A stretch of DNA of 64,000 nt from Hemiscyllium ocellatum. Its lineage: Eukaryota. The notes below the pieces were generated by a model that was not told the origin of the DNA, ran no database searches, and was given only the letters and a program-made list of their open reading frames with translations. The translations under genes and the position numbers were made by a program. The DNA lies in assembly GCF_020745735.1 (NCBI RefSeq), contig NC_083409.1, positions 17,174,619-17,238,618 of the forward strand. Direction: 5' to 3'. Numbering within the stretch: the stretch's first letter is position 1; the number at the start of each line of letters is the position of its first letter. This document shows positions 35,991 through 44,929 of this stretch, one piece after another.

Positions 35991-38625
35991 TGGAGAGTTT
36001 CCCCAAAACCCTGGAACACTGAACCCACTGGACTGTGAGCCCTGCTGGAGCTGTTTGTCATCAGAACTTTGCCAAGAGACAACCAAAGAGTGGAGAGAGT
36101 GTGCATCCATGTCGGAATTTCAGTATGCTTCCCAGCTCCTGGAATACCATGAGTGCAGGAAGTGTAGTCAGTGACAGCAGTTGGAGCTCCGGGTTCGGAG
36201 CTTGAGCAGCAGCTGGTGTCAGTGCGGAGCGTCTGTGAGGCTGAGAGCTCCATGGAGAGCACGTTTCTCGATGTGGTCACTCTGCAGCTTCAGAGTATGC
36301 AGGGAGACAGGGAATGGGGGAGGAGCAGACAGTCCAAAAGGATCAGGCAGCTAGTACAGGAATCCCCTGAGTGTATCCCACTCTCCAACCAGGATTTAGT
36401 TTGGAATCCTGATAAGAATGATGATTCATCTGGGGAGTGCAGCCAGAAGCAAGTCCATGGCACCATGGGGGGCTCAGCTGTATTGGGGGGCGGGTGTGTG
36501 TGGTGGGGGGGGGGTGGTATACGGACGACTGGAAGAGTGATCGTGAAAGGAGATTCAAGACTGAGGGCATCGATAGGTGTTTCTGCAGCTGCAGATGGGA
36601 ATCCAGGATGGTGTGTTGTCTCCCTGGTGCCAGGGTCAAGGATGTCACTGAACGGCTGCAGAGCACCCTGAGGGGAGAGGGGGAATAGGCAGCAGTCGTG
36701 GTCCACATCGGTCCCAGTGACAGAGGGAGAAAAGGGATATAATCCTGCAGTCAGAATTTAGGGAGCTCAGAAGGGAAATAACATCAGGAACTCAAAAGTA
36801 GGAATCTTCAGGTTACACTTGCCCCACGCAAGTGACAAGAGGAGCAGGAGGATAACATAAGTGACTGTAGGGCTGGGAAGAGGATCCAGGAGGGAGGATT
36901 TTAGATTCTTGTGACATTGGGACTGGGTCTGGGGGAGATGGGACCTGGATAGACCAGACAGCGTCGCTCCTGAACAGAACTGGCACTGAGCTCCTTTGAG
37001 GTGATCTACTCGTGCTGTTGGAGAGGGTTTAAACTAACTTGGCAGGGCTGTGGGAGCCAGGAGGGAATATCAGAGAGGAACACCAAGGTCCACAGAATCA
37101 TCAGTGCAGTCAACAAGTCACCAACCAGTGGGAAGGATTTAGAGGAATACATTTGCAAGGAATTTACACAGACCTGCAAATATAATAGTCATTATAAATG
37201 GCGGGGGGGGGGTGGGAATGTCTTTAATGTCTGAATATAGACTGGGATAGTAGCAGTGTGAAGGACAGAGAGGTGCCAGAGTTGTGAGAGTGTGTTCATG
37301 TGAATTTTCTCCAGCCGCAGGTTTCCAGTCCAATGAGAAAGGAGGCTCTGCTAGATCTGGATCTTGGGAATGAGGAGGCCCAAGTGGATCAAGTGTCAGT
37401 GAGAGGACACTTAAGGAAGAGTGATCATTGTATCACAAAGTTGAGGGTGACGGTAGAAAAGAACAAAGGCCTTTTCAGGGTCAAACATCTTCACTGGGTA
37501 AAATGCCAGCTTCTATAGGATATGGATGTATCGGATCTGAATAAAATGGGATCAAAGGTTGGCAGGGAAATCCTGAAAAGAATAGTAGAGGATGTGGACC
37601 AGGTATATTCGAGATACATTTGAAGGAGGGCAAACAATTCCTGAACTTACTCAAGGGCAAAAGTGGTAGAATTATGGTAAATAAGAAAAGGGCAAAAGAG
37701 TAACTAGAGAGAGAATAGGGCCCCATGAAGATGAACAATGTACCTCTGGGTGGATCCACAGGAAATGGTTTAGGTCTTAAATGAATATTCCAGGTCAGTA
37801 TTTATCATGGAGAAAGACATGGAAATTTGGGAACTTGGGAAATAAATAGTAATGTCTTGACACAGGTCCACATTACAGAAGAGGATTTCTTAAAGTGCAA
37901 GACGGTAGATAAATCTCCAGGACCTGATCAGGTGTATCCCAGGACATTGTGGAAAGCGAGGAGAGAGATTGCTGGACCGCTTGCTGAGGTATGTTTCTGA
38001 TTGAAAGCCATGAGTGAGGTTCTGGAGAACAGAGAGGTTGGCTAATGTTAGCCATTATTTAAGGAAAAGCCAGGGAACTATAAACCAGTGAGCCTGATGT
38101 CATTGCTGGGTAAGTTATTGGAGTGAGTTCTGAGGGACAGGATTTACATGCATTTGGACAATCAATGCAGTTTTGTGCATGGTAATCGTGTCTCACTAAC
38201 GTGATTGAGGTTGTTTGAAGAGAAGATTGATGTAGGCAAAATAGTAGACACTGTCTGCATGGACTTCAGCAAAGCATTTGACAAGGTTCCACATGATAGA
38301 CTGATTAGTAAGATTAGGCCGCATGGGATCCAGGGGGAGCTAGCCATTTGGGTAAAAAAATGACTTCAAGATAGGAGACAGAGAGTGGTGGTAAGGGGTT
38401 GCTTTTCAGACTGGAGATCAGATGTCAGCTGTGTGCCACAAGGATTGGTGCTGGGTCCATGGCTTTTCATCATTTAAATAAATGATTTGGATGTGAATAT
38501 AGGAATTATGGCGAGTTTGTAAATGATCCCAAAATTGGTGGTACAGTCGATAGTGAAGAAGCTTATCTGAGAGTACAGTGGGACCTTGATCATTTGGGGA
38601 AATGGGCAGAGGTGTGGCAAATGGA

Positions 38626-38837
38626 CAAAAGTGCAGACTGCAGATGCTGGAAACCAGAGTTTAGATCAGAGTGGTGCTAGAAAAGCACATCATGTCAGGC
38701 AGCATCCGAGGAGCAGAAAAATCGACGTTTCGGCTAGAGGAATCCTGATGAAGGACTTTTGCCTGAAACGTCGATTTTCCTGCTCCTTGGATGTTGCCTG
38801 ACCTGCTGTGCTTTTCCAGCACCACTCTGATCTAAAC
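38626..38837 (+). mobile_element. Fold-back Penelope-derived mini element with a hammerhead motif and a 14-bp TSD
   Basis: Inverted arms 38659-38733 and 38762-38837; TSD GTGTGGCAAATGGA (38612-38625) / GTGTGACAAATGGA (38838-38851); hammerhead AATC-CTGATGA-aggac-tttt-gcct-GAAAC-GTC-GATT at 38741-38776. Confidence 0.82.
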
Positions 38838-38966
38838 GTGTGACAAATGGAGTTCAATTTAGATAAATGTGAGATGTTGCATTTTGGAAAGTCAAACCAG
38901 GGCAGGACTTGTACTGTTAATGGTGGGGCCCTGTGGGGTGTTGCTCAACAAAGTGACCTCAGGGTG

Positions 38967-38998
38967 CAGGGGCAGGGGCAGGGGCAGGGGCAGGGGCA
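38967..38998 (+). repeat. (CAGGGG)5 simple repeat
   Basis: Read directly from the sequence. Confidence 0.9.
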
Positions 38999-39891
38999 TT
39001 ATTCCTTGACAGTGGAGTCACAGGGAGACAGGGAGATGAAGAAGATGTTGAGTACACTTGCCTTTATTGGTCACTGCACTAAGTATCAGAGTTGGGACAT
39101 CATTTGCAGCTGTACAGGAAATTTGGGAATAATGTGAACAATTCTGATCATCCTGTGATAGGAAGGATGCTGTTAAACTTAAAATTCTGCAGAAAAGATT
39201 GACATGGATGTTGCCTGGAACTGGAGGGTTTGAGCTGTTGGAAGAGGCTCAATAGACGGGTTATTTTTCCTGCAGGATCGGAGACTGAGAGGTGGCCTTA
39301 TAGATGTTTATAAAATCATGACGGGCATGGACAGGGTGTACATCCCAGGTCTTTGCCTTGGGAAAGGGAAACCAAAACTAGAGGGTGTAGGTTTAAGATG
39401 AGAGGCAAAAGATCCAAAAGGGACCTGAGGGGTAACTTGTCACACAGAGGGTGGTGCGTGTCCGGATCGTGCTGTCAGAGAAAGTGCTGGAGACGGATAG
39501 AATTACAGCATTTAAAAGATGTTTGGATGGGTCCATGAATAGGAAGGGTTTAGAGGGATGTGGGCTAAATGCTGGCAAATGGGATGAGGTCAGTTTTGGA
39601 TATCTAGTTAGCATGGAGAAGTTAGACTGAAAGATCTGTTTCCACGCTGTATGACTCCGTGACCATTAGAGGCTGGAAAAGCTGAGATCTTTTACCCTGA
39701 AGTGCCGGAGGCTGAGGAGTGACCTTATAGGGGTTTATAAAATCATGAGGGACATAAATAATGTGAATAATGCAGGAAGGAGGTGAATGTTTTGTGGAGC
39801 TGGCAAACATATGCACAAAGATCATTCCAGGGATGAGGAATATCAGTTATAAAGATAGATTGGAGAATCTGGGACTGTCTTCTTTGGAGAA

Positions 39892-40093
39892 AGTTACAGA
39901 TCACACAACATCAGGTTATAGTCCAACAGGTTAATGTGGAAGCACTAGCTTTTGGAGCGCCGCTGACAACCATTTGATGAAGGAGGGGCGCTCCGAAAGC
40001 TAGTGCTTCCGAATAAACCCCCTGTTGGACTATAACCTGGTGTTGTGTGATTTTTAACTATGTCCACCCCAGTCCAACACCGGCACCTTCAAG
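39892..40093 (+). mobile_element. Fold-back mini element (second family) with a hammerhead-like motif and an 11-bp TSD
   Basis: Arms 39899-39961 and 39987-40052; TSD TCTTTGGAGAA at 39881-39891 and 40094-40104; cat-TTGATGA-a-GGAG-gggcg-CTCC-GAAAG-CTA-gtg at 39971-40005 (C3 mutated to U). Confidence 0.8.
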
Positions 40094-40543
40094 TCTTTGG
40101 AGAAGGCAGCGAGGAGAATTGTTCCAGAAATTCAAAATCAGGAGGGGCCTGGAACAGAGTAAATAGGGAGAAAATGATTCCACTTGTGAAAGGATTGAGA
40201 CCGAGAGGCCACAGATTGAAAGTAATTGGACTAGAAAGAAAAGTGAGATGAGGGAAAACATTTTCAGCCAGTGAGTGGTTAAGGTGTGGAATGCACTGCC
40301 TGAGAGTGTGGTGGAGGCAGCTTCAATTGAAACATTCCGAAGGGAATGAGACTGTTATCTGAAAAGGAACAATGTGCAGGGTGACAGGGAGAAGGCAGGA
40401 GAATGACACTCAGTGAATTGCTCATTCAGAGAGCTAGTCCAAACAGGATGGACGGAATGGTCTCTTGTGCACTGTAAAAGTTCTGTGATTGTGTGATTGA
40501 GCAGAGTTAAAGCTGGGGGAGGTGGGAGCTCGGTGTCTCACTG

Positions 40544-40572
40544 TGCTGCTGCTGCTGCTGCTGCTGCTGCTG
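40544..40572. repeat. (TGC)9+ microsatellite
   Basis: Read directly from the sequence. Confidence 0.95.
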
Positions 40573-40947
40573 AGGTCAGTGAGATCAGAGACTGGGACAG
40601 GGAGCCAGAGCTCACATCAAACTCTGCCCCGTGTCCGTCACACTGAGACTGGCAGGAGGCTACTCACTGATTTCACTCCATGCTGCAGGAATGGGACCAC
40701 AGGCTGCAAATGGACAGAGCTCCTCTACACAGTGAGTAAAACTTACTGACTTATATCTTGCGTTTTTTAAAGAGGGCATGAAAGTAAAGAAATACAGCTG
40801 GACACCCTGTTAGACACAGTGCTCCTCAATCAACCATTTCATTCTCTGCAGCTTTCCACTAACACCTTCAACAAATCAGCAACTGTATTTTAGAAAGTGT
40901 GTTTCAGTATTGAAAGGGTTAATAACAGAGGATTGAGGTTTACTTAC

Positions 40948-40982
40948 TCAGTCTGAGCTTGGTTCCTTTACCGAACGTAAGC
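40948..40982 (-). CDS. IGKJ: Ig light-chain J segment (LTFGKGTKLRL)
   Basis: G CTT ACG TTC GGT AAA GGA ACC AAG CTC AGA CTG A|GTAAGT: FGxG motif, consensus donor, abutting an RSS heptamer. Confidence 0.96.
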
Positions 40983-41020
40983 CACAGTGAGAGCTCCAGT
41001 GCAGAGGCTGTACAAAAACC
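40983..41020 (+). promoter_or_regulatory. J recombination signal sequence (22-bp spacer)
   Basis: CACAGTG (40983-40989) + 22 nt + ACAAAAACC (41012-41020); consensus heptamer and nonamer. Confidence 0.96.
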
Positions 41021-41454
41021 TCAGCTCTCTGCTTCCCTCTTATCACTGTCAACCTCTCTCTGTCTCTGTGTGTCTATCGCTCACTCTCACCCTCTCCCTG
41101 CCCCTCTTTGTCTCTCCCTCCTTCATGTGTCTTTCTCTCTCTGTCTCTCTGGGTTGTTTCCAGCTGGGCTCGGGAGGATGGTGAAATTTATTTTTCGATG
41201 TTAAATCTTGAGGCAGCTCTTCACATGTGGCCATGTCGTGTAAGAGGGAAACTTGAGGCCTTCAGTGAGCGTTGAGACACCACAGGGACGGGAGTGTGCC
41301 GTGGACAGTGGAAATCCCAGTTTGGGGTAATTTGATCAGTTTCATTCAGATCTAACTGGATATATCACTTCAGGCGGTGAGACTGTGTGTTCATTATTAT
41401 ACATTTTATGTAACTGCGATGTGTCAGTCCAGGAGGTGGTGTTGTGCGTGTTGA

Positions 41455-41482
41455 GGTTTTTGTACAGCTCTGTGTCACTGTG
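41455..41482 (-). promoter_or_regulatory. V recombination signal sequence (12-bp spacer)
   Basis: Minus strand: CACAGTG + ACACAGAGCTGT + ACAAAAACC; fully consensus. Confidence 0.97.
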
Positions 41483-41781
41483 TCGAGGGTAGCTGTAAGC
41501 TTGCTGACAGTAATAGTCAGCGACATCCTCATTCTGAACGTTGCTGATTGTCAGGGTGAAACTGGTCCCTGATCCACTGCCGGTGAATCGATCGGAGACT
41601 CCTGTGAATCGAGTTGTTGCAGCATAGATCAGGAGAGAGGGTTTCTGACCTTCTCGCTGCTGGTACCAAGCAAGGGAGCTGCTAATGCTTTGACTGGCCT
41701 TACAGGTGATGGTTGCGGTCTGGCCCAGTCCCACTGACAGCACCGGGGGAGACTGGGTCATGGTGATGTCCCCACTGATAC
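41483..41781 (-). CDS. IGKV: Ig kappa-type V exon, germline (unrearranged), open frame
   Basis: Acceptor ..tgatccctcag|GT ATC AGT GGG GAC. Reads [96 protein letters not shown]; conserved Cys, Trp and YYC. Confidence 0.98.
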
Positions 41782-41967
41782 CTGAGGGATCAGAGAGAAA
41801 CACAGTGAAGTCAGAACTGTCACAGAAAGAGCCGGTCAAATGAGAGATTGTTGGAGACACTGAGCATTCCTCTAGTTTCAGCATTTTCCCTTCAATCACA
41901 AGTCAGTGGAATTGGAGTGAGATGGAGAGCAGCGAAAGATTCAAGGTGGAAGGAGAGAGATTTGTAC

Positions 41968-42016
41968 CTGCGACACAGAATGCCAGGGGCCAAATCAGCT
42001 GTATGTGTGAAATCAT
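41968..42016 (-). CDS. IGKV: V leader exon (MISHIQLIWPLAFCVA G)
   Basis: ATG at 42016, 49 nt, donor G|GTACAA; a 186-bp intron joins it in frame to the V exon (49+299 = 348 nt = 116 codons). Confidence 0.94.
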
Positions 42017-42076
42017 GGTGTGTGCTCCTGTCCCTGTGCCTGGTTCCTGATAAACTCTCCCTTCACTGGGCTCTGC

Positions 42077-42082
42077 TTTATA
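42077..42082 (-). promoter_or_regulatory. TATA box of the V promoter
   Basis: TATAAA about 60 nt upstream of the leader ATG, inside the 12-bp palindrome GCTTTATAAAGC (42075-42086). Confidence 0.75.
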
Positions 42083-42122
42083 AAGCTGCAGCCTGTGAGA
42101 GTCTGACTGGGTGTTCCTCAGT

Positions 42123-42130
42123 ATGTAAAT
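42123..42130 (-). promoter_or_regulatory. Variant octamer (ATTTACAT)
   Basis: 7/8 match to the light-chain octamer ATTTGCAT, same orientation, about 40 nt upstream of the TATA box. Confidence 0.6.
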
Positions 42131-42148
42131 GGCATCAGGCAGAGAGAG

Positions 42149-42156
42149 CCACGTCA
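42149..42156 (-). promoter_or_regulatory. CRE/UPRE-like bZIP site (TGACGTGG)
   Basis: Exact TGACGTGG 18 nt upstream of the octamer variant; function inferred from the motif only. Confidence 0.4.
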
Positions 42157-42239
42157 GCCCCTCACACTTCCTCTTCTCTCTCTCTCTCTCTGTCTCAGAG
42201 TCATTGATGTGAACAACATTGAATGAGGCCATTTGGCCC

Positions 42240-43000
42240 ATTGTGTCTGTGCTGGTAAACAGCGATCTGATGACACTAATCCCATCCTCCAGCTCTTGGC
42301 CCGTTACCCTGGAGGTTACAGCAACACAAGGGAATATCTAAACACTGCTCCAATGTCACGAGAGTTTGTGACTCAACCAGCCTTTCAGACAGTGAGTTCC
42401 AGACTCCCACCACCCTCTGGGTGAAAACATTTCTTCTCAACTCTCCTCTCACTCTCCAATTCTCCAACTCGCCTGGCCATGGACTCACTCGTGTTCAGAA
42501 CGATGAGAGGGGATCTGATTGATACATATAAAATTGTAACAGGGCTGGCAGGGAGGAGGTTTCCCCTGGTTGGGGAGTCTGGAACCAGGGACACAGGCTC
42601 AGGGGGATACAGGGTCGACCATTTAGGACTGAGATGAGGAAACATTTCTTCACTCAGAGGGTGGTCAACCTGTGGAATTCTCTACCACTGAAGGCTGTGG
42701 AGGACAAGGAACTGAATATATTCAGGAAAACAAGAGAGATAATTGTTTTGCATTTTAACAGCTTGAAGAGAATGGGGAGAACGCAGGAATATGGCTTTGA
42801 GAGAGAGGATCAGCCATAGATCATAGAATGCCTACAGTGTGGAAACAGGCCATTTGGCCCGACAAGCCCACACTGACCCTCGAAGAAATGATGACATTCA
42901 AAAATTGATACAGCCATGATCATACTGAATGACAGAACAGACTCAAAGGGCCGAATGGCCTACTGCTGCTCCAAGTTTCTACGTGTCCACGTCTGTGTTA
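42240..43000. mobile_element. Short CR1 3'-end remnants in both orientations
   Basis: Minus strand 'VRGELRRNVFTQRVVGVWNSL' (42276-42488); plus strand 'MRKHFFTQRVVNLWNSLP' (42634-42819). Confidence 0.75.
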
Positions 43001-43215
43001 CCTTCAATCTCTGTACCAGGTTTTTAAGTCTTTTACTCATGTAAAAAGTGCCATCCTACCCCCTATCACTGTCCTGAATAATCTTATCCCTCTCTATCAG
43101 GTCCCTGTTAAGCCTTCACTGCTCAAAGCTCACATTCAGGCAGCATCCTGGGAAATCTCCCCTGTACCCTCTCAGGTACAATCACATTCTTCCCAGAGTG
43201 TGGTGACCAGGACCT

Positions 43216-43300
43216 GTCCCTCTCTCTCTCTCTGACTCACATCTGCCATTTCTTTCTCTGTACCTCTAGCTCTCTCTCCCACTGTTAATCTCTTTCATGT

Positions 43301-43357
<57 letters not shown>

Positions 43358-43960
43358 CTGTCTCATAGCCACTCTCTCCAACTCACTGATGCATTCTCAC
43401 TCCATCTTATCATCTGTTTCTCCATCTCTCACTGTCTCTGTTACTCGCTCCCTCTCTCATTTCAATTAAAAGCCTCCAATTGTTATCTGTCACTGTCTAT
43501 TCCTACCTCTTTCTCTCTCCTTCCCTCTCTCAATCCCAATTTACAGTCTCTCTCCCTCTCTCTCTCTGTCATTATAAATCTACCCATACTCATCTCTCTC
43601 TCTCACACTCAACTCTACCCTCCCTCTCAACTCTCTTCATGCTTTGTCTCACACCCATCCTGTCTCTCACTCTCTCTCTCGCTCTCTCTCTCCTTGTCTC
43701 TTTCTCTCTCTCCATCCCTCTCAGTCACACTGTCTCACATCTTGTTTCACTCTCTATCCCTCAGCCTCACCATTTCTACCTCCCTCTAACTCTCTTGGTC
43801 CCCTCACATATATTGCACCGTATCAGATGCTCGTCCCTCTATCTCTCTCTCTCACTTTCTTTCTTTCTCTTTCTCTCTCACTCACACACACGCACGCCCA
43901 CACTCACTATTTTTCCCTCCATCTCTCTCTGTCTCACTGCTCTCTCTTTCTGACAGTGTC
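43216..43960. repeat. CT/CA-rich low-complexity tract including (TC)10(AC)16
   Basis: Perfect (TC)n(AC)n at 43301-43353 within about 750 bp of degenerate CT repeats. Confidence 0.9.
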
Positions 43961-44929
43961 CTGGGTGGTGACAGTTGAATGCAGGATAAATCTCCCTCTG
44001 CTCTGCTCCACTAATGGATGTTAACCCTTGACCCCTGTCTTCTCCTGGAGTAAGGCCCTATTTCCACGTTGACCAGGGTTTGGCCTCTCCCAGGAAGATG
44101 GACAGATTCTGGTCAAATGAAGGGCAGTTCTGTGCAGTTCTGTGCTGTTGGCCTATTCTCACTGGGGACTGATTTGGACACAAACCTCATTCCATGAAGG
44201 CCTAGCAGAGAGAGGAGATCCTCAGATCATCAGTGTGAGTTGGAGGCACAGGACAAGCTCTGACCCACTGACCCATCCTGTCCATTCACAACATGTTCCA
44301 ATCCCTTCCCCTCTCCTTCCCCTTCCATGGTCAGTCTTTTCTGAATGGAGTGGTCCCTTCCCTGTCTCACACCAAGGAGGAGATGAACAGATATGTAATG
44401 GGTAATGGGTTAAAGGATGATGGAGAGTGGGCAGGAAAGTGGAGTTGAGTCTGAGATGGGATCAGCCATGATTGTATTAAATGGTGGAGTGGGCTCGAGG
44501 GGCTGAATTGCCTGCTCCTGCCCTAGTTCTTATGTTCCTCCACCCCCTCCCCAATCCCTCTTACTGCAACTTTGTGAACATTCGTGGAATGTTTGGACAT
44601 TGAAGTTGCTATGTGAATTCAAGATTTGTGTGGATTTAATGTGGGGGCAGTATTGCACACAGGCTGTGATAGCTCTCTGCGGTTGAATATCCTGCTGGCA
44701 GGCTTCCGCCTTCCATATACAGAATGGGGAAGTGGGGAGGTGGGAATGTACTGCCGGGGTACACGGCGCTGTCCTCTAGCAATGTGGTTGACTCTCTAGT
44801 GCCCTCTGAAATGGCCGAGCAGGGCTCTCAGTTGTATCAATTATGACAATGTTTAAACAAAGAAATGAGACCGGACGGACCACAGGCATCGATCTAGACA
44901 CCGAAAAGATTATGACAGAAACAGTCCTG

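Larger units (their letters stand above)
35990..39660 (+). mobile_element. Long decayed CR1 with ORF1 (zinc-finger + esterase-like) and ORF2 remnants
   Basis: 'HECRKCSQ' and 'VCCLPGARVKDVTERLQSTLRGEGE' (ORF1-like), followed by RT remnants to about 39650. Confidence 0.75.

Noticed and set aside
40522-40749. Plus-strand ORF resembling a signal peptide (LTVLLLLLLLLLRSVRS)
   Set aside because: The Leu run is just the CTG microsatellite; the start is GTG and no recognisable domain follows.
40977-41500. GCTTAC shared between the J 5' end and V CDR3 (possible microhomology-guided join)
   Set aside because: It lies 12 nt inside the V end and would give an out-of-frame join; no evidence it is used.
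40728-41807. Extra CACAGTG heptamers (40728, near 40815, 41801)
   Set aside because: No nonamer at 12 or 22-23 bp; expected by chance.
41342-41899. 185-aa ORF as a single-exon gene
   Set aside because: It is the V exon read through intron and RSS sequence; the true structure is leader + V with splice sites.
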